IMG/VR virus record: IMGVR_UViG_3300038393_000245
Location: 12,289 to 76,288 of that record
Strand: one strand, 5' to 3'
DNA length: 64,000 nucleotides
From: a virus
Taxonomy: Duplodnaviria; Heunggongvirae; Uroviricota; Caudoviricetes
The notes under the pieces: model-generated
The model's database searches: none
Seen by the model: the letters and a program-made list of their open reading frames with translations, nothing else
Told to the model about the DNA's origin: nothing
In this document: positions 24,123 through 32,926 of the stretch, one piece after another
Position numbering within the stretch: position 1 is the stretch's first letter
Layout: each line of letters begins with the position of its first letter
Position numbers and translations under genes: made by a program

Positions 24123-25354
24123 GCCTCAAGTTTCTTTTCATAAGAAGTTGGCTGAGCTTTTGGAGTATTATCGATATCAGAAACAATCCTAATTGGAGTA
24201 GTCGGAAGATTATTTTGAGCTAGAGAATTGGTAATTCTACGAGTTGCCAAGGCTTCACACTCTCGATGAGCATCGTCGATCATCATCTGAGTTGGAGGAG
24301 TCTTCTGAGTAGCAGCCGAAGGACCGCGCAGGGAGCCAACCAATCCCATCTCGCGAGCAACTGTTACGTATCGGATAGCATCGATAACAACTCCAGCTGA
24401 GTTTGGAGAATCCTGAACAGATAGTCGTGCGTCAAAAATGAGGGGAGCCCCTCCGAAGCCCTTCGCTTCGATTCGGAAATGAGCGACCTTATTGTCACCA
24501 TGGTAAGCAATGTAAGATGATGGACCGGCGTAAATACCGTTCTTTGGGACTGGGATTCCTCGAATGTCATTCTGACTCCTGATTACGTTTTCTTTAGAAA
24601 TCTTCTTCGAAGCGAGACGGCTCTGGTCCATCATGTTAAGGAAGTCGGTATTTCCACCATGGTTGGTCTGCTCATGGAATTGGACAGTGCAACCACGGTT
24701 AAAGAAGAGCTCCTGCAGTGCTTGGCTCATGACTGATGCTCCAAGCTGTGACCGCATGTCATCTCCAATAGCAGGGATTCCAGCCTCTTTGATTCGTGTT
24801 TCCCACTTAGGATCGGAAACAATGAATACAGGAATGCAGTTTACAAATGGAACCTTGGCTTCAAGACATCCTTCAATATAGAATTCTGTAGCTTCCTGAG
24901 AACCGACAGGTAGATAGTTAAGAAGAACGTCTACTTCATTATCCTTAAGGTCTTTAACGAGTTGTTCATGGGTGAGTTGTTCAGATTCTTCATCGACTCG
25001 GAAAGCTTCATCCTCATCGAAATCTGACATGTGAGATGCGACTCCATCAAGAACTCGACCCATTTTCACTTTGACGATTCTAGCTCCAATGCTCATTAAT
25101 GCTGCGTTGGAAACATTAAAATCCATAGCACAATTTGGTCGAGAAAAGATTGCCTCTTGAAGAGGTTTACCAACTTTTCGGGAATCGACATCATATGCGA
25201 GAACAAACTCGATATGCTCTGCCTTATATCCACCGATGTCTGGAAATGCCAGACCATCTGTCTGACCTGTTTCTGAATAGAGAGCAACTCCCTCAATAAG
25301 GGACTTTGCACAGTTGCCGACGCCTACGACGGCGACACGAATTTTATTCTTCAT
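24113..25354 (-). CDS. ino1: myo-inositol-1-phosphate synthase (Ino1)
   Basis: VGVGNCAKSL, NYLPVGS, FVNCIP, IGDD..SQLGA, GGNTDFLNM, SKKISK, GDNK and DSPNSAGVVIDAIR. Confidence 0.95.
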   Translation of the reverse strand: MKNKIRVAVVGVGNCAKSLIEGVALYSETGQTDGLAFPDIGGYKAEHIEFVLAYDVDSRKVGKPLQEAIFSRPNCAMDFNVSNAALMSIGARIVKVKMGRVLDGVASHMSDFDEDEAFRVDEESEQLTHEQLVKDLKDNEVDVLLNYLPVGSQEATEFYIEGCLEAKVPFVNCIPVFIVSDPKWETRIKEAGIPAIGDDMRSQLGASVMSQALQELFFNRGCTVQFHEQTNHGGNTDFLNMMDQSRLASKKISKENVIRSQNDIRGIPVPKNGIYAGPSSYIAYHGDNKVAHFRIEAKGFGGAPLIFDARLSVQDSPNSAGVVIDAIRYVTVAREMGLVGSLRGPSAATQKTPPTQMMIDDAHRECEALATRRITNSLAQNNLPTTPIRIVSDIDNTPKAQPTSYEKKLEAWK

Positions 25355-25374
25355 TGATATCCTTTCATATCAGT

Positions 25375-25440
25375 TGGTGACCCGGTAGCGGCTATAGCCT
25401 TTTGGCCTCTATCGAGGGTAGCCGGGGAATACAATGTATT
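25375..25440 (-). promoter_or_regulatory. GC-rich structured leader upstream of ino1
   Basis: CCCGG...CCGGG, CTC-GATA-GAG, GCC-AAAA-GGC and palindrome GGCTATAGCC in an otherwise AT-rich intergenic region. Confidence 0.45.
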
Positions 25441-25445
25441 CGATT

Positions 25446-25453
25446 TATTTATA
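25446..25453 (-). promoter_or_regulatory. late promoter motif upstream of ino1
   Basis: Exact TATAAATA overlapping the upstream stop codon. Confidence 0.4.
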
Positions 25454-25877
25454 GTGAAAGATATTTTCGGCACTCATCGAGTTTTTGATTAATGAATCTA
25501 TCATCATTAATCTGTCTATTGAGTGGCGAAGGATGAGGTAGTTTGAAGTGGTGGATGCCGGCCTTCGTTAAAGCTTCAGCGGCAAAATTCCCTAAAGCAA
25601 CTACCTTAGTAAACTTATATAGGGCTTTCCTTAAATTGTCAAGGTTTACATCACTAATTTTGCATTTTCCTGGATAAGGATAAGCATTCATGAATGTAAA
25701 CGTATCTAAACCAAGCTTATCTATCCAATCATTTAATCTTGGAAACGTATTACCATTCTTTGCAGCTCTTGCAGATGGATTTTGTCCGACAAAAGCTACG
25801 ATGTTCGAGTCAGCCTCATTAATTAGTTCTACGTTCAGTAGTCCTTCAAGCGTCGAACCAATCTCAATCAATTTCAA
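25449..25877 (-). CDS. uracil-DNA glycosylase superfamily protein
   Basis: FVGQNPS, VVALG..A..AL and LPHPSPLN motifs. Confidence 0.7.
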   Translation of the reverse strand: MKLIEIGSTLEGLLNVELINEADSNIVAFVGQNPSARAAKNGNTFPRLNDWIDKLGLDTFTFMNAYPYPGKCKISDVNLDNLRKALYKFTKVVALGNFAAEALTKAGIHHFKLPHPSPLNRQINDDRFINQKLDECRKYLSL

Positions 25878-26322
25878 TATCCATCTCTACGACTTCAATC
25901 CCCGCTTCGGCAAAATATGATTTAGTCTTATTGACCGAATCAAGCCACCTATCATATAATCTCTCTGGTAAGACTGGAGCGACGACTCTAATGATTCCAG
26001 CCTGTATCATATGGACAGCGCATCTATCGCACGATAGGAATGGCCAAGTATAAAGGGTGCATTCCTTAACTGTAGTTGGTGAATTGATTACTGCATTCAT
26101 TTCGCAATGAACGATCATACTATATTTTGTTGGTCTGTCGTTCAATCTCTCTGAAGTATCATTAAGACGACTTGGAAATCCATTATATCCGACTGATACA
26201 ATATGCCGATTCTCATCAACAATTACCGCTCCAGTCTGAGTTGATGGATCTTTACTCCAAGTCGACACTTCTCGTGCTAGCCGGAGAAATCGGGTGTCCC
26301 ACTTCTTTTTCGTCATATGCAT
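25864..26322 (-). CDS. cd: dCMP deaminase
   Basis: WSKDPSTQTGAVIV, VGYNG, HCEMNA and SCDRCA. Confidence 0.92.
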   Translation of the reverse strand: MHMTKKKWDTRFLRLAREVSTWSKDPSTQTGAVIVDENRHIVSVGYNGFPSRLNDTSERLNDRPTKYSMIVHCEMNAVINSPTTVKECTLYTWPFLSCDRCAVHMIQAGIIRVVAPVLPERLYDRWLDSVNKTKSYFAEAGIEVVEMDIEID

Positions 26323-26542
26323 CCATTAAACTTCCAAATGCGCGTTCGAAGGCACTCATATCGTGAGTTCCATCATCAACGTCAAGATAAAATTGAAATC
26401 CTAGAAATATGATGGCAAAAGTTCTCCTCTTTGGATATATTTTGCTTGGTTTCTCATATTGAAATCTAGGAAACCATATCCAATAGAATGGATTAAGTCC
26501 GATTCTTATTGAAATTTCAGAGTTTTTAATATATTCAATCAT
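26252..26542 (-). CDS. hypothetical protein
   Basis: 96-aa ORF coupled to gp42. Confidence 0.6.
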   Translation of the reverse strand: MIEYIKNSEISIRIGLNPFYWIWFPRFQYEKPSKIYPKRRTFAIIFLGFQFYLDVDDGTHDMSAFERAFGSLMDAYDEKEVGHPISPASTRSVDLE

Positions 26543-27201
26543 TACTTAACCAAATTAAAATGTTTTTCGTATACGTGAAGCGATCCTACCTGCCAGTATA
26601 TGTTCCCCATTGGAATTCGTAGAGCATCAGATAAAAAGAATAGAACATGCCTCTGCCATGCTCGATCATTTTTGAATCCATATACGACGTCATTGCTTCT
26701 CATATTAACAATAGAGTGAACGTGATTATCTCTTACGACGTATTGAACGGTGTTAGTGCATATAAAGTCGCTCATTCCATCCGTGTTGTATTCAGTTTGG
26801 ATAGAAGGACGAGTATATATCATTATAGCTCTTCGAGATTCTGGATCCTTCTGAAGAGTCCTTAAACAATTAAGAAACTGGCTTCCATTTTCTTCAGACC
26901 AGATTAAGAATCCATAGTTTGAATTAATCCTTCCATCAGGAGTGGCGACTTGTTTCCAAATCTGAGGAACTGGAGGAGGAATGTCATTGACATTTAGAGA
27001 TCTTGATTCATACCATTGTATCTCTCGATTAACATAATCTTGGTTAACCGTTCCAAAAATAGAAGGTTCATCCGCGACAAAAGATGCTCCAACCATTTCA
27101 ATCATCTTGCAACCGGTCTTATCGGTCACAAAATTTTCATTATGGAGCTCATTTTTAAAATATTCTCGGATATCACTTACGTTTAATCTATTCATTATCA
27201 C
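26542..27201 (-). CDS. gp42: dCMP hydroxymethylase (T4 gp42 homologue)
   Basis: DKTG...GASFVADEP, INSNYG, SRRAIMIYTRPS, SDFICTNTVQY, MRSNDVVYGFKND and GSLHVY closely match T4 gp42; the dCMP-specifying Asp is kept. Confidence 0.93.
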   Translation of the reverse strand: MIMNRLNVSDIREYFKNELHNENFVTDKTGCKMIEMVGASFVADEPSIFGTVNQDYVNREIQWYESRSLNVNDIPPPVPQIWKQVATPDGRINSNYGFLIWSEENGSQFLNCLRTLQKDPESRRAIMIYTRPSIQTEYNTDGMSDFICTNTVQYVVRDNHVHSIVNMRSNDVVYGFKNDRAWQRHVLFFLSDALRIPMGNIYWQVGSLHVYEKHFNLVK

Positions 27202-27677
27202 TCCTGAGCCGCGACTGAATCCTTATGTTCCTCAAAATCTGAGTTAACTCGATCCATCACATCTCGAACGACTCCCTCGAGTGACTTGGGAGTCTTATTT
27301 TCTGTTAACAAAACCTGTTGAGCAGTTTCTTCTAAAGAAGGTAGATATCGATTCAACATATCCCTCTTCTCTTGTTGCCCTTCCATCTTACCTCGAATAT
27401 AAGATACAGCAAAACTTAGGTAATTGATTGCATCTTTGTAAGTATCTTCAAGACTCTCAAAATTCGGTTCCCTAATCTCTCCATTTTCCATAGGTTCGAG
27501 AAGAGACTGTGCTCGAAGAAGCTTTTGATGAACCATATCATGAATGGTCGAGACTCCTCGTCGATAATGCATCGCTTGACGAATATTAGAGTTAGGATTC
27601 TGATAATCAGCGCTCTTCTTAATCTGAAGATCAATACACTCCTGGAGAACTTTCACAGATTCACGCTGTGAAGACAT
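27198..27677 (-). CDS. Nmad1/DUF1599-like nucleotide-modification-associated protein
   Basis: LQIKKSADY, K.LRAQSL and ESLEDTYKDAINY; start moved to ATG 27677. Confidence 0.6.
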   Translation of the reverse strand: MSSQRESVKVLQECIDLQIKKSADYQNPNSNIRQAMHYRRGVSTIHDMVHQKLLRAQSLLEPMENGEIREPNFESLEDTYKDAINYLSFAVSYIRGKMEGQQEKRDMLNRYLPSLEETAQQVLLTENKTPKSLEGVVRDVMDRVNSDFEEHKDSVAAQE

Positions 27678-28137
27678 TTTTATATCCTTTATATTTTGAT
27701 GGAGATAGCTTCCACATAGTTGTAGAAGCATTTCTATCTTGTATTATACCAATTTTTACAAGATTTGTCAACCTATAAAATTGACAATATTCTCCATTAA
27801 AGTGTTCTCTGAAGTCATACCTCCTATTAGTTTCAGAATCCTTAATGGATTCATAAAACACAACTTCATTCTGAGGCATATCCGGAACTTCGATAAAGAT
27901 TAATCTATCTACGGATTCACACTTTTTCGATTGATTACACGGAAGACAGAATGAATTGTATTTGTATACAGGAAGGAGAGTCTTAACTTCAACCGTCTTG
28001 CCATTTACAATCATATCCTTCTCATCATCATATTTGTCTTCCGACATTATGACAATCTTACCTTGGCTTTGGAAGAATCTTCTAACGAGCCCTTCTCCAA
28101 CGGCTCCCAGTAATTCTTTACACTGAGATGGTGTCAT
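27661..28137 (-). CDS. putative PD-(D/E)xK nuclease
   Basis: GAVGE..V...D..KDMIV..VEVKT pattern. Confidence 0.5.
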   Translation of the reverse strand: MTPSQCKELLGAVGEGLVRRFFQSQGKIVIMSEDKYDDEKDMIVNGKTVEVKTLLPVYKYNSFCLPCNQSKKCESVDRLIFIEVPDMPQNEVVFYESIKDSETNRRYDFREHFNGEYCQFYRLTNLVKIGIIQDRNASTTMWKLSPSKYKGYKNVFTA

Positions 28138-28625
28138 TCAAATTCTGTGTGAAATAGAGTATAGTCTATTTGATCTAAAAGTCCATGGTTTCCTTCGTGA
28201 GAAGGTCCAACCCATCCCTCTGGTTTAATGAGATCAGGAAGACCTAGAGGATTCGGCCTCTCTGGCTTAATTCCTCTCTCTTTTGTCATATTTGCGTGAT
28301 GAACTCGATTCCACGCTTCTTGGGAATCAACATTATAGATATCGAGTGTTCCAATTGCCACGACACAGAGATCGATCATTGCGTCTACGATATCTTCGGC
28401 CGATGTCGCTGATTTAGCCTCGTCTAGTTCTTCTTGGAGAAATTTTAATCTGAATGATAGCATCTTCCTCAGTTTCTCAGAATCCATTTGAGCGGCCGAT
28501 TCATGAAAACCGTATTTGTCATGCATCTCATTATTATCAAGCCACCAAGGCTTGTCGTAATACAATTCTACTTCTTCAAGATTTAGAAAATTTTCATCTG
28601 ATGTCATATTATTCCTTAGATCCAA
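28134..28625 (-). CDS. MazG/PRA-PH-like NTP pyrophosphohydrolase (candidate dCTPase/dUTPase)
   Basis: LQEELDE...IVDAMIDL, W..VH.ANM.K and LIKPEGW. Confidence 0.8.
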   Translation of the reverse strand: MDLRNNMTSDENFLNLEEVELYYDKPWWLDNNEMHDKYGFHESAAQMDSEKLRKMLSFRLKFLQEELDEAKSATSAEDIVDAMIDLCVVAIGTLDIYNVDSQEAWNRVHHANMTKERGIKPERPNPLGLPDLIKPEGWVGPSHEGNHGLLDQIDYTLFHTEFE

Positions 28626-29134
28626 TCAGGAGGATCTCGATTAGTCCACTTATGTAAGTGGCGTTTAGCTTTTCTATAGTATTCTCGATAGTTATCGACG
28701 TACGAACTTATTTTATACTCATCCGGCATGCAGCACGGTGGAGTGGTCCAATCCCAATCAGTTAATCCAGATGGAGGAGATTGTAGATCATATAATAGTC
28801 TTCCAGTCTTATGCTTCTTTTTATATCGATGAGTATATTCTTGTAAGAGACCATCAAAGTGGTCCACAAGCCAGTTATGATTTGAGACGGATTTTCTAGC
28901 CCAAATAACCGATGGATGATTCTTATGAGTTATACGATAGAATTCTTCATTTCGATAATCAGGGAGGACTCCAGATTCATTTCCATCAATAATCCTATGA
29001 GTCGTTGATAAAATTTGAGCACTCTCCAGAATCATTTTTACTACGTGTTTATCACACTGCATTTTTGCTGATTCGTATGCATCATTTGATAAAAAGAAAA
29101 TGTTCACCTTGATCTTCTCTTCAACAACTTCCAA
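28616..29134 (-). CDS. pyrimidine-dimer DNA glycosylase (DenV family)
   Basis: NIFFL...DKHVVKMILESAQILST, THKNHP..IWAR and EYTHRY.K.H. Confidence 0.75.
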   Translation of the reverse strand: MEVVEEKIKVNIFFLSNDAYESAKMQCDKHVVKMILESAQILSTTHRIIDGNESGVLPDYRNEEFYRITHKNHPSVIWARKSVSNHNWLVDHFDGLLQEYTHRYKKKHKTGRLLYDLQSPPSGLTDWDWTTPPCCMPDEYKISSYVDNYREYYRKAKRHLHKWTNRDPPDWI

Positions 29135-29595
29135 TTCTTAAGAGCTTTTTCTCGATGGAACCTATTGGCTCTATCGATCATTCTTATTCCATCTAAGTGA
29201 TCTAACTCGTGTTGAAAGATTCTTGAACTCATTCCGGTAAACGTTTTAGTGTATGTCTCCCCGTCTGGACCTTCAAAGCGAACTTTAATAACTTTGGGCC
29301 TCTTAACTTTGATTGACATTCCAGGAAACGATAGGCAAGCTTCTTCTAGAACAACTAATTCTTCTCCAGGAATAACGATTCTCGGATTGAAGCACACATA
29401 GGCCGGCTCGCCCTCCATGGCGAAGACTCTATAATTTAATCCAACTTGATTAGCCGCCAACCCAATCCCATTGTTGTCTCTCATGAAATTAACCAATTCA
29501 ATGGCTAATTCTTCGGGATCAACATCTGAATTTTGAAAATCAAATGGAAGGCATTCGGAAGTTAGAATATTATCGTTGTATTCGACTAATTTCAT
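29104..29595 (-). CDS. def: peptide deformylase
   Basis: GIGLAANQVG, EACLS and HELDH motifs. Confidence 0.95.
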   Translation of the reverse strand: MKLVEYNDNILTSECLPFDFQNSDVDPEELAIELVNFMRDNNGIGLAANQVGLNYRVFAMEGEPAYVCFNPRIVIPGEELVVLEEACLSFPGMSIKVKRPKVIKVRFEGPDGETYTKTFTGMSSRIFQHELDHLDGIRMIDRANRFHREKALKNWKLLKRRSR

Positions 29596-29601
29596 TAATC
29601 A

Positions 29602-30066
29602 TTATATTCCGGTTTTTCGAGGAATAGTCCTACGGGTTCCATCGGGAGATATTTGAGTCACTGACCCATCTCGCCCATGTTCATAACTATAATGGATTGG
29701 TTCAAAAATGTCAAGGATAAAAGGCTTATTTTGTTTCCTTAAAATTTCAGACATGTGTTTAGCACCGGAAGAACTTCCATCCCACATGATGATTCCACCC
29801 TCGGCAAAATCACCCATCTCTTGATTCCTAATTGGACCAGCAGCTTTTCCATGAAGATCCCACTTTGCCGGAAACTTTGCTATCCCAATTCCATTTTCTC
29901 GAGCCCACATCTCTCCGAGTTTATCAGGACCTCTAGCTAATCCAGACACGACTAGCGTGATCTTCCCATAATCATTCTCAAATCTCTCTACAAGAGATTC
30001 TAGTTCTCTCATGTAATAAGAACACGTTTCTGAAAGTGTTCTAGAACCGGCGATTACTACCTTCAT
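29602..30066 (-). CDS. SLOG/YspA-like (DUF2493) protein
   Basis: VVIAGSR, SG.ARGPD.LG and AAGPIRN..M. Confidence 0.85.
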   Translation of the reverse strand: MKVVIAGSRTLSETCSYYMRELESLVERFENDYGKITLVVSGLARGPDKLGEMWARENGIGIAKFPAKWDLHGKAAGPIRNQEMGDFAEGGIIMWDGSSSGAKHMSEILRKQNKPFILDIFEPIHYSYEHGRDGSVTQISPDGTRRTIPRKTGI

Positions 30067-30409
30067 TTATTTTATCTCCCCACACATAAGCATCTTTTCG
30101 ATCTTCTAAAGCACATAGAAAATCATATTGTCTAGAATCCGCAAGTTCATACGCCGTATGATCAATATATACATCTCGTGGATCTCTAATTCCACGACAC
30201 TGGCTAGTCATGCTCTCTAGAGTAACAACACGAACTCTAGATGAATCCTCATTGTAATTATGGACCCTATTCTTTAATTCATTTCCTAAAAAATAAGTTC
30301 CAACGATAAGATATACTGGTTTATTATGCATGGACATCTCTTCGATCATTGTCAAAAGAAGTGTCGTAGTTCTTCCAGTCTGTCTTGGTCCAAACGCTAA
30401 CTCTCTCAT
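30041..30409 (-). CDS. hypothetical protein with P-loop-like N terminus
   Basis: GPRQTGRTT near the N terminus. Confidence 0.55.
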   Translation of the reverse strand: MRELAFGPRQTGRTTTLLLTMIEEMSMHNKPVYLIVGTYFLGNELKNRVHNYNEDSSRVRVVTLESMTSQCRGIRDPRDVYIDHTAYELADSRQYDFLCALEDRKDAYVWGDKINEGSNRRF

Positions 30410-31071
30410 TAATCAATCCATTGTTCTATGTTTGTACATGTTTCTGTTTTCCAAATTTCCAACTCCTCCTTACAGCGAGTCCAATGAAAACGAGTTATTT
30501 CATTCTTCTTATCATTGTTATGATAATCCCACACAAACCATGCGTAGGAAACCATTCCTCCAAGAGGATCAATTTCAAAATTCTTTTCTTGACAACTGAA
30601 TCTTCCTGCCATCATAAGAATATCTGTAGGAGGAGTTTTACTAAAGAATTCATATCTACCATCAGCCTCAACCCAAAGAAGTCGACATAACATCGCAGTA
30701 AATGGAACTGATAAATCTAAAGATTTTTGAGCGAACTCCTGAGGAAGCTTCTTCTCATACGGAGGGTTAGTGATAATAGCCTCAACGTCTCTTTTTACCG
30801 TGGGGTCTAGAAAATTAACACCCCATTCGATATCACATAGAGCATCCTCATATTGAAACAACTCAGTAGCAACCACACTGTGTCCATTTCGAATAAGCTC
30901 TTGAGCCATCCATCCTCGTCCAGAGGCTGGTTCCCAGACGGTTTTAGGAACATTGAATTTTCTGCACAGAGCATTTGTTACGAATGGAGGAGTTGGATAA
31001 TAGTCATTATCCTTTCTCTCCAGTGATTTATCTCGGCCTGAGCCGAGCAATCTCATGTGTTTATTGCTCAT
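30409..31071 (-). CDS. amino (N6-adenine/N4-cytosine) DNA methyltransferase
   Basis: DYYPTP, WEPASGRG (motif I) and ITNPPY (motif IV). Confidence 0.85.
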   Translation of the reverse strand: MSNKHMRLLGSGRDKSLERKDNDYYPTPPFVTNALCRKFNVPKTVWEPASGRGWMAQELIRNGHSVVATELFQYEDALCDIEWGVNFLDPTVKRDVEAIITNPPYEKKLPQEFAQKSLDLSVPFTAMLCRLLWVEADGRYEFFSKTPPTDILMMAGRFSCQEKNFEIDPLGGMVSYAWFVWDYHNNDKKNEITRFHWTRCKEELEIWKTETCTNIEQWID

Positions 31072-32774
31072 GCCGCTACTCGACTAAAATTCTTATGCTT
31101 TTCAAACTTAATCACATTATCAAACTTCTCAAACAAAGAATCTCCCATATGAGATATAACAAATACATTCGTATCAGACATGGTGTCTAGGATTTGGAAG
31201 AATGCTTCCTTAGCATTACTATCAATCGAACCATCTAAGACTTCATCCATGATTAGTAGGTTAGTATTAATCGAATTTCTTAACTTAGCGACTGCCCTCC
31301 ATGTGAAGAGTATTGCTAGGTTAATCCTCATCTTCTCTCCTTCAGAGAATGACTCATATGAATATTCATCCATATGACGATGCTTAATGGTTTCTTCAAA
31401 ACTCTCGTTCAATTCAAAGCTGACGAAGAAGTCCATAATCGCGAGATATTTGTTAATCAATTTATTGATAATGGGAATATATTGCTTAACGATTTTAGAC
31501 TTAATACCTCCATCTTTAAGAAGAGTTCCAGCAATTTGATATACCTGTCTCTTCTCATGAAGATCCGAAAGAGTCTTTCCTATAATCTTTACTTCCTCTT
31601 GGAGAGAACTAATATCTTCAATCTTATTACTCTTAGAGTTCTTTTGAAGATTTTGTATCTCTTCATTAAGTTGTTCTACATAATCATTCCAGCCGGTGAT
31701 TCGAGTATTAAGAGCAGACAATTCAAGATTAAGATCAGTAATTTTAGAGTTAACAGAAACAATCTCAGATAATCTAGAATGAGATTTTAAATATTCTTCG
31801 TTAAGCTTCTCAAGTCCATCTTCAGTCTCGGTAATTTTAGTTGTCTTAACAATAATCGCTTCTTTTTTAAATTCATGATCGATTTCTTGCTGACATGTTG
31901 GACAACTATCGTGATCGTGAAAGAAACCAACCTCCTTTTTAATCACCTCAATTTTATGAGCGATTCTAGTCTTTAATTCGTCTAGGTTCCTAATCTTTTG
32001 AGTTATTTTATTCTCATCGGAGATTGAATTTCTTAGAGACTTGAGATCCTCTCGAATCTCTTCTATCTGGCTGTGGGTAGCCTCGATCTGACTCTCTGTC
32101 GATTTTATTCTATCTCTTTTTTCCTCGATAAGCTTATCATTATTCTCTTGCATTTCAGCAATATGTTTTCGAATAAGCTTTAACTTTTGAGTTGCTAGTT
32201 CTTTCTTACGATCATTGTCATATATTGAGCCATTGTTATCATTCGTCTTCTGAACTAAGATCTTATTCATTATAGTGAAGATTTGTAAATCTAGAAGATC
32301 CTCAATTATCTCCCTTCTGTTACCTGCGGGAAGACCCATAAATGGACTATAAGTTGCCGATCCAAGAATTACAATTTGGCAGAAGCTCTTAAAATTACAC
32401 TTAATGATCTGCTTCTCAAGAGTTTCCTGATATTCTCTAGATTTCGCGTTTTGATTTAGAAGCTTTCCATCCTGATAGACTTCAAATATTCCCGGTCTAT
32501 CACCCCTTCGAATCCTATATGGAATTCCATTAATCTTCAATTCGAGTTCTACAAGGAGTCCCTTCTTAGTAATCGAATTATGAAGCTGTGGTTTATTGAT
32601 ATTTCTGAAAGGTTTCCCAAAGAGTGCATAAGTAATGGCATCCAGAAGAGTTGATTTTCCGGCTCCATTTACTCCAACAATAAGAGTGGTTCTATCTTTG
32701 TTTAGGACAACTTCAGTAAACTGGTTTCCAGTACTTAGGAAATTGCGCCATCTTACGGTTTCGAAAAGCAACAT
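31068..32774 (-). CDS. gp46: recombination endonuclease subunit gp46 (SbcC-like)
   Basis: WRNFLSTGN, G.NGAGKST, CPTCQQ zinc hook, FSEGEK and MDEVLD. Confidence 0.97.
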   Translation of the reverse strand: MLLFETVRWRNFLSTGNQFTEVVLNKDRTTLIVGVNGAGKSTLLDAITYALFGKPFRNINKPQLHNSITKKGLLVELELKINGIPYRIRRGDRPGIFEVYQDGKLLNQNAKSREYQETLEKQIIKCNFKSFCQIVILGSATYSPFMGLPAGNRREIIEDLLDLQIFTIMNKILVQKTNDNNGSIYDNDRKKELATQKLKLIRKHIAEMQENNDKLIEEKRDRIKSTESQIEATHSQIEEIREDLKSLRNSISDENKITQKIRNLDELKTRIAHKIEVIKKEVGFFHDHDSCPTCQQEIDHEFKKEAIIVKTTKITETEDGLEKLNEEYLKSHSRLSEIVSVNSKITDLNLELSALNTRITGWNDYVEQLNEEIQNLQKNSKSNKIEDISSLQEEVKIIGKTLSDLHEKRQVYQIAGTLLKDGGIKSKIVKQYIPIINKLINKYLAIMDFFVSFELNESFEETIKHRHMDEYSYESFSEGEKMRINLAILFTWRAVAKLRNSINTNLLIMDEVLDGSIDSNAKEAFFQILDTMSDTNVFVISHMGDSLFEKFDNVIKFEKHKNFSRVAA

Positions 32775-32926
32775 TAAGTATTAGACTTATTATTTGTTTC
32801 TTCAACAATTTTTTGAAAACAAGATTCACAGAATGCGTTAAGATGAATATGAGGAGGAATAGTTCCTATTAGCTGTTGAGGAGAAAATTCTTTTCCACAT
32901 TCTTTGTATTGACACTTGAAATTCAT
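32774..32926 (-). CDS. small Cys-rich hypothetical protein (50 aa)
   Basis: Manual translation MNFKCQYKECGKEF...FCESCFQK; coupled to gp46. Confidence 0.55.
   Translation of the reverse strand: MNFKCQYKECGKEFSPQQLIGTIPPHIHLNAFCESCFQKIVEETNNKSNT

Noticed and set aside
26542-27201. Ordinary thymidylate synthase or dUMP hydroxymethylase
   Set aside because: The sequence follows T4 gp42 throughout and keeps the Asp (FKND) associated with dCMP specificity
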